DNA from: a virus
Lineage: Duplodnaviria; Caudoviricetes
Strand: one strand, 5' to 3'
DNA length: 24,222 bases
Virus record (IMG/VR): IMGVR_UViG_3300027798_000222
Span: 1-24,222 of that record
The position numbers were made by a program, and so were the translations under genes. Numbering within the stretch: position 1 is the first letter of the stretch; every line of letters begins with the position of its first letter. Under the pieces are notes generated by a model. It saw only the letters and a program-made list of their open reading frames with translations. It searched no databases and was not told where the DNA came from. Positions 1-10,393 of this stretch are shown here, one piece after another.

Positions 1-38
1 TACGTGGTGACGTGCGAGGCGCAAGACAACTGACCGTA

Positions 39-48
39 TTTTGACACC
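39..48 (+). promoter_or_regulatory. TTTGACACC motif upstream of a structural gene (copy 1; also 478-486 and 4481-4489)
   Basis: Same 9-mer in three intergenic gaps; TTGACA ends 13-16 nt before an ATG. Confidence 0.55.
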
Positions 49-59
49 GCTGCCTTGGC

Positions 60-476
60 ATGGCAGCAATCGCAATCACAGCCGGAAGCGTTATTCCGTC
101 GAGTTCAGCCGTCATCAAATACGGCGTGGCCGGCGAAACGATCACCGCAGGGCAGGTGCTTTACGTCGAGGCAGTGACGCTGCTCCTCAAGCTCTGTGAC
201 GCCAATTCCACGGCGTCAATCGCCACGGCTGCGGGCATCGCCACGAACGGCGCGAGCGTCAATCAGCGTGTCTATTACTGCACCGAGGACACGGGCGGAT
301 TCGCCATCGGAGCGACCATCCTTTCCGGCGACACCCTTTGGACGAGCGGCACGGCTGGCGGCATCACGAAGACCGCAGCGGACAACGTGAACCCGGTTTA
401 TGCGACGGTGCTCGGCGTGATGACTTCAACCACTCTCGCGAAAATCAAAATCATCGGCGGCGGACTCATCGCCTAA
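60..476 (+). CDS. Virion structural protein (capsid decoration/cement-like)
   Basis: 138 aa A/G/T-rich ORF, AGETITAGQVLY motif, in structural module. Confidence 0.55.
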   Translation: MAAIAITAGSVIPSSSAVIKYGVAGETITAGQVLYVEAVTLLLKLCDANSTASIATAAGIATNGASVNQRVYYCTEDTGGFAIGATILSGDTLWTSGTAGGITKTAADNVNPVYATVLGVMTSTTLAKIKIIGGGLIA

Positions 477-500
477 ATTTGACACCACACACCCTATAAC

Positions 501-863
501 ATGGCTGCAAAAACTCACGGCACCGCATTCTACTTTGGCATCGACGGCGCATACCTCGGTGCGAGCGCGCAGATTATGTCCATATCACTCTCGAAATCGG
601 ACAAGATCAACGAGTTCGTTTCCAACAACTCCGGCCAAGTCGCATCGTCAATTCACGACGACCAGACCGACACGCTGGAGGTGACGTTCACTTTTGCCAG
701 CGGCTACACCCGCCCGGTCATCGCCGCCAAGATGACCCTTTCGGCAACCGCGCAGTTCGACGGCGATTATCGCGTCGAGAATTTCACGGAAACCAAGGCA
801 TCGAAATCCTTCGTCGAGGGCAAGGCTTCTCTCGTTAAGGACGAATACCTCACGCTGACTTAA
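501..863 (+). CDS. Putative tail tube protein
   Basis: 120 aa, beta-rich pattern, upstream of chaperone-like and tape-measure-like genes (synteny). Confidence 0.5.
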   Translation: MAAKTHGTAFYFGIDGAYLGASAQIMSISLSKSDKINEFVSNNSGQVASSIHDDQTDTLEVTFTFASGYTRPVIAAKMTLSATAQFDGDYRVENFTETKASKSFVEGKASLVKDEYLTLT

Positions 864-867
864 CGAT

Positions 868-1545
868 GTGGCCGAGGAACGCTTATACCATTCAATCGTC
901 GCCGACGCAGCCTGCGCAGCGGGCCGTCACGTAGTTTGCGGCAGGACGCTAAAGCCGTTCTGCCTTCTCCATTCGTTCCAACTTTCGCAGTTGGAGAACA
1001 AGCTCTGGACTGGCGAGGAGCCGGAGCCGCACGAACTGAGCATCGCCGCGCAAATCTGCGCATCGGACGAGCCGGTGCTGGAGTTTGCGGATGACGCCGA
1101 GCATTTCGACATGGAGACGGAGCTTGCCAAGTGGCGAGCCTACACGCGCCTTTGCGCGGCATCGCCGATGATGAAGGAACGCATCACCGCGACTGTGACA
1201 CTCAACGACTACGGCGCGCCCGTGGAGCTATGGTGCGCGGCATTTCTAATGACGAAGCTACGCATTGACGAGCGCCGGGCATGGCGGATGCCCTACGGCC
1301 TTGCATGGTGGTACGTGCAGGCCGCGCACGAACAGGAGACCGGCGAGACCTACATTCTCACCGAAGAAGAACTTGCGCACATGGACGAGCAGAGCACGCC
1401 CGAAGCCCTCGCCGCGCGTGAGGAGTTCGACGGCAACGCTCGCTGGATTGTCGAGAACGTGAAAGACCCGGCGGCGCGCGCGGCTATGCTGAAACAACTC
1501 TCGGAAGGCACACTCGCTGGCGACTGGAGGGCTGAATATGTCTGA
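868..1545 (+). CDS. Putative tail assembly chaperone
   Basis: 225 aa, GTG start, between tail tube and tape measure; acidic helical C-terminus. Confidence 0.45.
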   Translation: MAEERLYHSIVADAACAAGRHVVCGRTLKPFCLLHSFQLSQLENKLWTGEEPEPHELSIAAQICASDEPVLEFADDAEHFDMETELAKWRAYTRLCAASPMMKERITATVTLNDYGAPVELWCAAFLMTKLRIDERRAWRMPYGLAWWYVQAAHEQETGETYILTEEELAHMDEQSTPEALAAREEFDGNARWIVENVKDPAARAAMLKQLSEGTLAGDWRAEYV

Positions 1546-3019
1546 CGTTACGGTTACACTAGGCGCGGAATCAAAGCTGCTTCTGAGTGAGTTTCAGAAG
1601 GTCATAGCCGAAACAAACCGGCTAAAGAAAAAAGTCGGCGATGTGGGCGGGGTGCTCGAAGGAGATCGCCGTGTCGAAAACAAGATGACGTCATTTGTGG
1701 AGGGGTTCAAGAGCGCGCAGAACGGCGCGGACTTGCTCGCCAACACGATGGGCAACCTCGGCGACGTGTTCAAGAGCAGCCTCGCCGTCGGCGTCGGGCT
1801 GAACGTGGGCGCAGCGTTGGTGGGGATGTTGGGCAGCGCAATCGCGAAGGCGGATGAGGAATGGAAAAACTTCCAAAAGGACGGAGTGAATGCAATGGCA
1901 AGCATCAATCAGGCGATGGCTGGCGGCGAGGCTGAAAAGGCGCTCGAAGAAATCGCGAAAAGGCTGGAGCAAATAAGTGCGCAGCGCGAGAAGATGAGCG
2001 GATTCTTGGGCACTATGCCAAAAGACTTGAAGAGTTGGGCTGGCGCTCTATCAGGTGGAATGGGCGGCGCCATTTTGCAAAAAAATGAGACTGCATCTAA
2101 TAATGCGGAAATTGCCAAGGAACAGGCAAAGCTTGAAAAAGACCGCGTTAACAGCGCTGAAATTTTGCTTGGAAAAAAGGAGCAGGAAGCGGAGATTGCA
2201 ACCCTGATAGCGAATGGAGAGACAGAGGCGGCAAAGCAAATCGAAGCGCAGAACACGTTAGTTGCTGAACTGAACAAGATCAAATCGCTGAACCTGAACA
2301 ATACGAAAGAGGAGCTTGCGCTTCAGGAAAAAATCATTGCGGCAATCGGTCAAAAAGGCGGAGCTAAAGCAATTAGCGAATCAGAACGCGTTAAAAGTGA
2401 GGAATTAGCGAAAACTCAGGAAGCGAAAAAGAAGGCGATGGACATCGCCGAAAAGTTAAGGTTGGGTTTCATCAACAAAATCACCGAAGCGGAAATCGCC
2501 GCGATGCGGAAGCAAGCTGAAGACGAAGCCAAAGCCCTAAAGGCTGGCATGGATGCGTTTGGGCGACATGAGGCCGAAAAAACACGCATCGCCGATGAAG
2601 AGGAAAAAAAACGACTCAAAGCAATCGAAGACGCAGACAAGCTCGCGCTCGAAGGAAAAAAGAAAGCTCTGAATGAGCAGCAGGACATTGTTAAAAAAGG
2701 CGAGCAGGAACAGAAGCAGCGCGATGATAGGGCTGTGAAGGGGCTGCTAGGTGGCGAGACGATGCAGGCGCAGCGCGTAAACGATAGGGCGGTAGAAATG
2801 GCGCGTGAAAAGGCGGCGGGTATTGCGGCGCGCGACGAAGTGCGACGTAAAGCTAATGGCGACGCACTCAAGATGTCGGATAAGGACATCGCCGCTACGA
2901 AGGCTCGGATACTCGGAGAAAAGCAGTTAGACAAAAAGAAAATCGAGGATGCGATTGCGGGCATTCCGAAAATTGAGAAGGAAATCGCGAAACTTGTGGC
3001 TAAACTAGGAGTCAAATGA
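1538..3019 (+). CDS. Tape-measure-like protein (short)
   Basis: 493 aa, N-terminal SDVTVTLGAES, hydrophobic G/A-rich segment, long K/E/A coiled coil. Confidence 0.6.
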   Translation: MSDVTVTLGAESKLLLSEFQKVIAETNRLKKKVGDVGGVLEGDRRVENKMTSFVEGFKSAQNGADLLANTMGNLGDVFKSSLAVGVGLNVGAALVGMLGSAIAKADEEWKNFQKDGVNAMASINQAMAGGEAEKALEEIAKRLEQISAQREKMSGFLGTMPKDLKSWAGALSGGMGGAILQKNETASNNAEIAKEQAKLEKDRVNSAEILLGKKEQEAEIATLIANGETEAAKQIEAQNTLVAELNKIKSLNLNNTKEELALQEKIIAAIGQKGGAKAISESERVKSEELAKTQEAKKKAMDIAEKLRLGFINKITEAEIAAMRKQAEDEAKALKAGMDAFGRHEAEKTRIADEEEKKRLKAIEDADKLALEGKKKALNEQQDIVKKGEQEQKQRDDRAVKGLLGGETMQAQRVNDRAVEMAREKAAGIAARDEVRRKANGDALKMSDKDIAATKARILGEKQLDKKKIEDAIAGIPKIEKEIAKLVAKLGVK

Positions 3020-3630
3020 GCGCAACAATTCACGGCGGTTCCGAGCTATATTCGTTGGTCGAGCAGCCCGGCTCATCGTTTAGCACGACGCGCGGAGGAT
3101 TCGACACTGGGCGGCGGACGTTCAAGTGCTGGCAGTCCGTCGTCGTCGCGCTGGAGCCGTTGCGCGGTTCCGCGGATTCCACCTATTTCGGCATGAAGGT
3201 GGACACCGTGGAAGTTACGTTCGACAAGGCGGGCGTCGCAACGATGCAAGTCTCATATCTGGGGAGTAAAAACGAGAGCCAGATAAAGGAAGACGAGTTC
3301 TCATATTCGGTCACGGATGATACGGGGAAGATTTACGCGCCGACTTTCGACTGGGAAGCATCAATCCCGAAACCGCAAGTCACGCGCACATACATGACGC
3401 GCACGCTTCCGACCACCAAGGTCGGAAGATTTGATGTGCCATTGAAGTATGCTGACCAAGTGCCCGGCGATACAGTTTTCTACGAAGAAGTCCCGGCTCT
3501 TTGGACTTATACTTTTTGGTTCAAGGCGTGGAGGCTGATCGGAAGAACGATCAAAACTGCAGGCGATTTACACGAGATCACGGAGACGCATCAGTGGGAC
3601 TTTGAAGTTAGATACATCACGCGCACATGA
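3016..3630 (+). CDS. Tail/baseplate protein (distal-tail position)
   Basis: 204 aa, ATGA-coupled to tape measure gene. Confidence 0.45.
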   Translation: MSATIHGGSELYSLVEQPGSSFSTTRGGFDTGRRTFKCWQSVVVALEPLRGSADSTYFGMKVDTVEVTFDKAGVATMQVSYLGSKNESQIKEDEFSYSVTDDTGKIYAPTFDWEASIPKPQVTRTYMTRTLPTTKVGRFDVPLKYADQVPGDTVFYEEVPALWTYTFWFKAWRLIGRTIKTAGDLHEITETHQWDFEVRYITRT

Positions 3631-4463
3631 ATCCACAGCTAAAGCAACTCATCAACAACGCAGACGATGGAGTATCTGACGCGCTCACGCTTGCGCCGAA
3701 AACCTTAAAGGCGATATTGCAGGAGGCTGAGAAGATGTGTCATTCGTCTGACTCAATCCTTTGCGAGCCTGTTGCGGGCGGGCCGGGCTTTAAGATTAGC
3801 GCAAAGAACGCCGGGCGTTTTTTGCGCGAGTTTCGCGAGTTTCACATCGAGCCATCGGGTGCCTCCACCGTCGCGATTTACAACGGCACTCTGTTCGGAA
3901 GCCTACCCACCGGATTCTCGGTGAATGACGACCCGATTGCGACACTGGCGGTTGCTAACGGGAATAAGATTTACGCCAAGGTTACTTGGAACAGAACACT
4001 AAGCAACACGGGCGACATCGTGAGCACTATTACCGCCCGCACAATCGAAGCGGCTGCGGCGGTGCCAACAAACAACAACCTCACGGCCACGCGCCACTAC
4101 GAACTCGCCACCGTCGCGGTCACGGACGCGGGGACAGTGAGCGTGAGCCAAAGCCGATGGGGACCGATTGGCGACCTGCCGGGGACGGCAAGCGGTAACT
4201 ACATTATGCCGCCCGATTACGGCGTCACCACAGCCCTGACAGATTACTGGGACTTGGTTGCCACCGGCAAAGGCAAGGACACGTCGGCAGTTGATCTAGC
4301 GCCAACTTACGACTCCATTCAGACGAACGGCACCGGATTCGTCCGCATCAAGAAAAACGGAAACAATCTGATGATTTTCATACGCGAAGTCACGATCAAC
4401 TCCGTCGGACAGATCACATACATTGGCGCGGAAGAACTCTTTTTTGACGAAACCGTGATTTAA
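3627..4463 (+). CDS. Tail-associated structural protein
   Basis: 278 aa, ATGA overlap with previous gene, T/V-rich beta character. Confidence 0.45.
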   Translation: MNPQLKQLINNADDGVSDALTLAPKTLKAILQEAEKMCHSSDSILCEPVAGGPGFKISAKNAGRFLREFREFHIEPSGASTVAIYNGTLFGSLPTGFSVNDDPIATLAVANGNKIYAKVTWNRTLSNTGDIVSTITARTIEAAAAVPTNNNLTATRHYELATVAVTDAGTVSVSQSRWGPIGDLPGTASGNYIMPPDYGVTTALTDYWDLVATGKGKDTSAVDLAPTYDSIQTNGTGFVRIKKNGNNLMIFIREVTINSVGQITYIGAEELFFDETVI

Positions 4464-4500
4464 CCCGCGACGCATCCAAATTTGACACCGCACTAAAATC

Positions 4501-7170
4501 ATGGCGACGCTCCGAAAAATCACGCTCAACTGGGAAATCCGCACGGGCGCAATCACCTGCGACACCGGCTACATAAAGCGGCAGGAGCTTTGCGACGTTG
4601 ACCTATACGTGACGGTGGACGGCACAGCCTACGCGCTCGACACGTCATGGGCGCTGAACCTTTCCGTCAAGCCCGCGCTGCTCGGCGACAACGCCGCACT
4701 GGTCGCAGTGACGACATGGACAGCATCGGCTACCACCGGGCTTTACCAAGCGACCGCGCAGACGATAGGCGGAACCGCGCTCGACACCTACCTTGCGGCG
4801 AACAACTCCGACACCACAGACGACGAGGGCAACAAGCTCGTTGACCTCGACGTGTATTACACCGTCAGCATGGCGATGAAGGCTAAGTCCGACACCGTGA
4901 CGGTGATTTGCAAGCCGGACGTGGGGCGGACGGATGACACCGTGCCGGCCACCATCGTCGCTCGCAACGATTTCCTCGTCAGCAACGGCACCGGCCTGCT
5001 CGTCAACGTCGCAGCGGGCTACGCAGCCAACGGCGCATTCGTGGCAGCGCAGGCTTCGCTGGCAATCACCAACGCGACGAACTACATCGAGATTACAGCG
5101 GCAGGCGTGGCATCGGTGAACACCACGGCATTCACGGCTGGCAGCTACCCGCTGGCAACGGTGGTGGCGAGCGCCGGCGCAATCACGGCCAACACCGACT
5201 TGCGCGCGTGGATTACGCCGAAGCCTGCAACAGGAGGCGGCACCGTCACCAGCGTCGCGCAGAGCTTCACAGGCGGGCTAATCAGCGTCGCAGGCTCGCC
5301 CATCACGGCATCCGGCACGCTCGCGCTAACCGTCGCAGGGACAAGCGGCGGCATCCCCTACTTTTCCAGCGGCACGACATGGGCGACCTCGGCGGCACTT
5401 GCGGCGAGCGCCTTGGTTGTCGGCGGCGGGGCAGGGGCGGCGCCGGCCAGCGTGACGACCGGCGCGAACGTGCTCACCGCACTCGGCGTCGCAGTGGGCA
5501 CAGACGGTGCATTCATTACGCGCGGCGGCAATGCGGGCACGCCGTCCGCAATCGTCCTCACGAACGCCAGCGGCACCGCATCCATCAACATCAACGGCAC
5601 GGTGGGCGCGACGACGCCAAGCACGGTTGCGGGCACGACGGGGACGTTTAGCGGCGCACTCGAAGGAGCCTCTGTGTCTGCGACCGGAGGATTGAATTTG
5701 GTTGGCAACATCACGCCATCGGCTTCATTTCCGTTTTTGTCTGGATATGGATTATTTGGTGGCGTCGGCACCGGCGTGAAATTTATCAGTGACAGCGTTT
5801 ATACCGGAGTCGGCAACAAAGTGACCGGGGCCGGGGAGGTGTCGCTGCTCCTTTTCTCCAATAATACGGCGCAGGTAGAGCTAACCCATGCGGGCGTTCT
5901 GGCGTGCGGTGCGGTGACAGCCACCACGCTGACGGCAAGCGCGACCACCAGCCTCCTCCTCGGCACCGCAGGCAGCGCCGTGGGCAACGTGGGCTTTCGC
6001 AACGCCACCTCGGGCACCACGACGCTTGCGCCTGCGACTGGCGCGCTCGGCACGCAGACCGTGACGCTGCCGCTAACTGGCACGCTGGCAATCAGCAGCG
6101 GCGCGCAGACCTTTACCGGCGTGCAAAGCATGACCTCGCCGGACATCACCACCAGCATCACCACGCCGAGCACGACGTTTGCGCTGGTGAATGCGACGGC
6201 GACCACGGTGAACTTCGCGGGCGCGGCTACGACTATCGCAATGGGCGCAGCGACCGGCACCACGACGCTCGGAAACAATCTAGCTCTGACCACTGCCGGA
6301 GTGGCAAGTAACTCGGCAGTGCTGGCATCCGGTGCGCTCTACACGGGCGGCACCGGCACCACGACATTCCCTGCCATCCTCCACCAGCCGACCGGAGCTA
6401 CGGCGGCGACAGCATGGAGCAGCGGTGCAAATAGTGGCACGGCTTTCGGCTGCAATGAGGCGACGGGCTTTTTGGGTAACTTCGCGGACTATCGCATCGC
6501 GGGAGTCAGGCACTTCGCGCTAGGCACGGACGGCAGCGGAAACTCGCGCCTTTATTGGGGCTCTGGTGGCCAATACATCCAAATTGTATCCTCTACCTTC
6601 TCCTGTTCTGGAGGCTTTTCGGTAGGCGGCGGGACGCTCGCGACTACCGGTGGCAACGGCATTACTTCATCCGGCACCCTCGCCGTGACCGGAGCCACGT
6701 CACTCGGCGGCGCAGCGGCAGCGGCAACAACCGCCACACGGCTCACCAAGCTAACCAGCAGCATCGCGGACAACACAGCAACGGCTTGCCTCACCGTCAC
6801 CATCCCGAACGCCGCGCACGCTGCTTCGCTCCGCGTCCGTTTGCTCGGAAGACTCGGCGCGGGCGGGGCAATCGGAGCGGATGAAGCAACCGGCGCAGTC
6901 ACCTATGACTTCGCCATCGCCCGCACTGCTGGCGTGAACGCTGTCGTCAACGCATCCCCGGCCTTTGGCAGCGCGGCCTCCAGCGTGGCGGGTGCGACTA
7001 CCGCAACGGTTACGGCAGCAGCATCCGCCATCAGCGGTGCGGTCGGTGCGAGCAATACTTTCACCGTCAACGTCACCATCGCCAAGGGTGGCGGCAGCAG
7101 CGCAAACCACACCTGCACTATTGTCGCCGAAGTGCTCAACGCCAACGTCACCGGAATCTCAATCGCCTAA
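4501..7170 (+). CDS. Tail fibre / receptor-binding protein
   Basis: 889 aa G/A/T/S-rich, GGGTVTSV...SPITASGTL fibre-type motifs. Confidence 0.7.
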   Translation: MATLRKITLNWEIRTGAITCDTGYIKRQELCDVDLYVTVDGTAYALDTSWALNLSVKPALLGDNAALVAVTTWTASATTGLYQATAQTIGGTALDTYLAANNSDTTDDEGNKLVDLDVYYTVSMAMKAKSDTVTVICKPDVGRTDDTVPATIVARNDFLVSNGTGLLVNVAAGYAANGAFVAAQASLAITNATNYIEITAAGVASVNTTAFTAGSYPLATVVASAGAITANTDLRAWITPKPATGGGTVTSVAQSFTGGLISVAGSPITASGTLALTVAGTSGGIPYFSSGTTWATSAALAASALVVGGGAGAAPASVTTGANVLTALGVAVGTDGAFITRGGNAGTPSAIVLTNASGTASININGTVGATTPSTVAGTTGTFSGALEGASVSATGGLNLVGNITPSASFPFLSGYGLFGGVGTGVKFISDSVYTGVGNKVTGAGEVSLLLFSNNTAQVELTHAGVLACGAVTATTLTASATTSLLLGTAGSAVGNVGFRNATSGTTTLAPATGALGTQTVTLPLTGTLAISSGAQTFTGVQSMTSPDITTSITTPSTTFALVNATATTVNFAGAATTIAMGAATGTTTLGNNLALTTAGVASNSAVLASGALYTGGTGTTTFPAILHQPTGATAATAWSSGANSGTAFGCNEATGFLGNFADYRIAGVRHFALGTDGSGNSRLYWGSGGQYIQIVSSTFSCSGGFSVGGGTLATTGGNGITSSGTLAVTGATSLGGAAAAATTATRLTKLTSSIADNTATACLTVTIPNAAHAASLRVRLLGRLGAGGAIGADEATGAVTYDFAIARTAGVNAVVNASPAFGSAASSVAGATTATVTAAASAISGAVGASNTFTVNVTIAKGGGSSANHTCTIVAEVLNANVTGISIA

Positions 7171-7919
7171 TGAAAACCGTCGCCGGAGTCCTCACCCTCG
7201 AAACCGCAGAGATAACCGCAGTGGCGAACGCCTCACGCTACTACGGTTCCTACCTCGACACGACCACGCAGACCAATCTCGCGTTGGCGACTGGCATCAA
7301 CATCGCCAAGCTCAACACCACAATCGGGCAAAGTGGCTTCACGCTGGTCATCGGCACCATCCCGTTCACGAGCGGCGGCACCACGGCGATTTCAGCGGGC
7401 AACACCGTCACGGGCGGCACCAGTGGCGCGACGGCGACGGTCAACGTGGTTGGAGAATTATTTTCCGGTTCATGGGCTGGCGGCGATGCCGTGGGCGTGT
7501 TGTTCGTCACAGTCGTATCGGGAGTGTTTCAAGCCGCCGAAGCATTGCTCGTCAGCGCAGTTGACCGTGGCACCATCGGCATCATCCCGAAACTCGACAC
7601 GATTGTTATCGGGAACACTGGCGTCTATAACTTACAGTATTCAGCACAAGTCGCCAAGACCGATGCAGGCGTGGATGACATTGACACCTGGCTGATGATT
7701 GACGGACTTAATGTTGCGGCCTCGCTAGGCAGGGAGTCTCTCGGCGGACCTTCGGAGGAAGCTATTTTCACAACAATTTTTACTCAGTCCTTCACGGCTA
7801 ATCAGCGTGTGTGCCTAGCGTGGAATAGCACCGATGTTGACTTGAGCCTGACGGCCTTTGCAGCAGGCACGACGCCCACCACTCCCGTATCGCCGTCCAT
7901 CATTGTGTCTATCTTTTAA
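7170..7919 (+). CDS. Virion protein with C1q/BclA-C-like jelly-roll domain
   Basis: YGSYLDTTTQT...GVYNLQYSAQV...WLMIDG pattern; TAATG coupling to fibre gene. Confidence 0.5.
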   Translation: MKTVAGVLTLETAEITAVANASRYYGSYLDTTTQTNLALATGINIAKLNTTIGQSGFTLVIGTIPFTSGGTTAISAGNTVTGGTSGATATVNVVGELFSGSWAGGDAVGVLFVTVVSGVFQAAEALLVSAVDRGTIGIIPKLDTIVIGNTGVYNLQYSAQVAKTDAGVDDIDTWLMIDGLNVAASLGRESLGGPSEEAIFTTIFTQSFTANQRVCLAWNSTDVDLSLTAFAAGTTPTTPVSPSIIVSIF

Positions 7920-7936
7920 CCTCAACCCACAAAACC

Positions 7937-8512
7937 ATGACAGCCAACGAACTCGAAACCCGCACCCTCGCCGCAGAAAAAGATGCCGCGCTCATCCGGC
8001 AACTCATCACGGACTTCAAAGCCCACAAGGACTCGCAACTCTCCGACCTCACAGGACAGGTGAACACGGCGAACGCAGCCGTGACAACAGCCGCAGCCGC
8101 GCAGAAGAAAGCGAAGGACGAAGCAACTGCCGCACAAGCCGCCGCTGACAAAGCAACCGCTGACGCCGCAACAGCGAAAGCCGCGAGTGACGCAGCCATC
8201 GCCACGGCCAACGCAGCGAGCGACAAGGCCGTTGCCGAACTCGCCGCGATGACCGCGCAAGACCAGCAGCACGCCACGGCATTGCTCGCCGCGCTGGACT
8301 GGACGGCGATTGACGCGGAGTATGCTGACCTACAAGCCAAGCTCGCAGCCAACAGCGCGAAGTATGACGCCGCACGCGCGTCGCTGGCAACGCTCGCCGC
8401 AGCCATCAACGCGCCGTTTGCCGATCGCGAAGCCGCCGCCAAAGCCGCGCGTGTGAAGGAACTCGAAGCGCAACTCGCCGCTGCGGTGGAGAAAGTTGAG
8501 GCTAAGAAGTGA
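7937..8512 (+). CDS. Ala-rich coiled-coil hypothetical protein
   Basis: 191 aa, very Ala/Lys/Asp-rich. Confidence 0.6.
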   Translation: MTANELETRTLAAEKDAALIRQLITDFKAHKDSQLSDLTGQVNTANAAVTTAAAAQKKAKDEATAAQAAADKATADAATAKAASDAAIATANAASDKAVAELAAMTAQDQQHATALLAALDWTAIDAEYADLQAKLAANSAKYDAARASLATLAAAINAPFADREAAAKAARVKELEAQLAAAVEKVEAKK

Positions 8513-8790
8513 GCGAACTAGACGACCGAACGGAACTTGAAAAATTGCGCGACGAATCCCGGCACCGTGTAGCGATGGACACCGCGACGACGCGCGAGGC
8601 CGTCGTGCGGGTGGAGCGGCACATCTCCGCCATCCAGCTTCAGATGGCGCAATTCGAGCAACTGCGGGGACTGCCTGAACGTGTTGCGAAACTGGAGTTG
8701 TCAGGCGCGAAACTGTGGGGCGGAATCATCACGGCTCAGGTTATCGTCGGGGCCATTTTCACAGTCATTGCGACACTCATCAAACACTGA
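8509..8790 (+). CDS. Coiled-coil protein with C-terminal TM helix (lysis module, holin/XhlA-like)
   Basis: GTGA overlap; ERVAKLE followed by hydrophobic C-terminus. Confidence 0.5.
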   Translation: MSELDDRTELEKLRDESRHRVAMDTATTREAVVRVERHISAIQLQMAQFEQLRGLPERVAKLELSGAKLWGGIITAQVIVGAIFTVIATLIKH

Positions 8791-9011
8791 TGAACAAACG
8801 ACTCCTCGACCTACTTTCCGCCATTACTGGCGTGCTCACCATCATCGCGGGCATGAGCTACGACAAGGACATCCTCCAACTGCTTCCGCCGAAGTGGACG
8901 CCTTACATCACCTACTCATCGGCAATCGCGACCGTGTTGCTGAAAATCCTCGCATACTTCGCACCGCCGACGCCATCGCCGACGCCTGACTCAACCAACA
9001 AACCCCAATGA
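8790..9011 (+). CDS. Putative holin (2 TM)
   Basis: Start MNKRLLDLL at TGATG overlap; two hydrophobic segments; upstream of endolysin. Confidence 0.55.
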   Translation: MNKRLLDLLSAITGVLTIIAGMSYDKDILQLLPPKWTPYITYSSAIATVLLKILAYFAPPTPSPTPDSTNKPQ

Positions 9012-9388
9012 AAAAGCAACTCATCATCCTCGCCATCGTCGCCACGCTCATCAACTCTCTCGCCGGATGCGCGGGCACCAACTGGCCCGCCGTGCGCCGG
9101 GACGCCGGGGCCATCCTCGGCAAGATAGCCGTGGCACAGCTTCGCACGCTCGTCGCGGGCAACCTCGGCAGTGACTACGGGCACGCCGCAGCCGCCGCCG
9201 CATGGGGCGCGGTGGACGTGGCCGACATTGGCCAGCTTGTGCGCAGCGCAACTGGGCATCCCGTGGCCGCACGCGCCGTCGAGACCGTCGCGGCGGAGGC
9301 GCTGGCGAAAGGCAGCGTGAGCAAGGGCACCGTGATTAACGCGGTGGCGACGGCACTCAGCGAGGCGGCGTTTGCCGGTGGGAAGTGA
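9008..9388 (+). CDS. Lipoprotein (spanin-like position)
   Basis: Signal peptide MKKQLIILAIVATLINS followed by lipobox LAGC. Confidence 0.55.
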   Translation: MKKQLIILAIVATLINSLAGCAGTNWPAVRRDAGAILGKIAVAQLRTLVAGNLGSDYGHAAAAAAWGAVDVADIGQLVRSATGHPVAARAVETVAAEALAKGSVSKGTVINAVATALSEAAFAGGK

Positions 9389-10026
9389 ACCTCGACGCTG
9401 ACAAGGTGCGGCAGTTCCAGCGCGCCGTGGGAGCAAATCCCGACGGCATTTTCGGCCTTGCGACGCTCAACCTTGGGCTGGCGTGGATCGCCGCGCACGG
9501 CGGGACGGAAGCGCCAGTGCCTGCCACGCCAGCACAGCCGCCCGCGGGCCTCGCAGACCCGCGCAGCGAGGCGACGATTGCGACGCTCCATACGCAGGTG
9601 CAGCAGCCTTTCCGCGACCTGCTACGTTCCATCAACGCCGCCGTCGCGCCGAGCGTGGGCAGGTGGATATCCGGCTACCGTGGTGAAAAGGAGCAAAACG
9701 CGCTGTATGCCAAGGGCCGCACGGCACCGGGGCCGCGCGTCACGTCCGCGCGCTGGCCTACATCGTCGCACAATGGCGGCGGCGGCACGACCGGCTTCGC
9801 GTGCGACATCGGCTTTTTCACCACGGGCGGCACCTACATTGACGAGGGGCCGCAATACGACATCGCCGGGAAGCTCGCGCGCGCCGCTGGCTTCAACTGG
9901 GGTGCCGACTTCGGTGACCGCCCGCACATCTGCCTGCGTCCACCAACCCTGCGCGCGGTGGGCGAGACGGCTTTCATCAACGCGCTGATTTACAGGGTGA
10001 ACAACGGGCTTGCCGTTTGGCCGTGA
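9385..10026 (+). CDS. Endolysin, M15 family (L-Ala-D-Glu peptidase-like) with N-terminal peptidoglycan-binding motif
   Basis: FQRAVGANPDGIFG motif; SGYR..EQNALYAKGRT, SSH, ACDI, WGADF.DRPH metallopeptidase motifs. Confidence 0.85.
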   Translation: MNLDADKVRQFQRAVGANPDGIFGLATLNLGLAWIAAHGGTEAPVPATPAQPPAGLADPRSEATIATLHTQVQQPFRDLLRSINAAVAPSVGRWISGYRGEKEQNALYAKGRTAPGPRVTSARWPTSSHNGGGGTTGFACDIGFFTTGGTYIDEGPQYDIAGKLARAAGFNWGADFGDRPHICLRPPTLRAVGETAFINALIYRVNNGLAVWP

Positions 10027-10393
10027 ACGCATTAAGAATGCCGTCGTTTTCTGCCAGTGGCAGCAAAACCTACAAAGGCCCACGCAGAGCCAGCCTCGTC
10101 AAATCTGCGTTGCTTTCCCCGGTATGAACTTCGCAGGAGCAATGGGCATCCTTGTCGTGTTCATCCTCGCCGGCATCGTCGTGATTTGCGCGGGCATCGG
10201 CGGGAAGCGGTAATCGTTTCCGCCGTAAGGCTGCGGCCTGTAAGCGTTTTTCCAGCGCGGTAATTGAATTTCCGCCGAGCAGGAAGTGAGCGGCAAAGGA
10301 TAGCCAAAAGAAAGCAAGGAAAGAATGGGAAAAGCAAAAGCCCCCCCGAAAAGTTGAACCGCTACCGCGCGGAAAAGTGCAAGAAAGGAAGAA

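Noticed and set aside
868-1545. Programmed frameshift in the tail chaperone
   Set aside because: No clear slippery heptamer, and a single ORF already reaches the tape-measure start.
4647-8442. Many alternative-frame and antisense ORFs over the fibre and Ala-rich genes
   Set aside because: These are shadow ORFs caused by GC3-biased codon usage.
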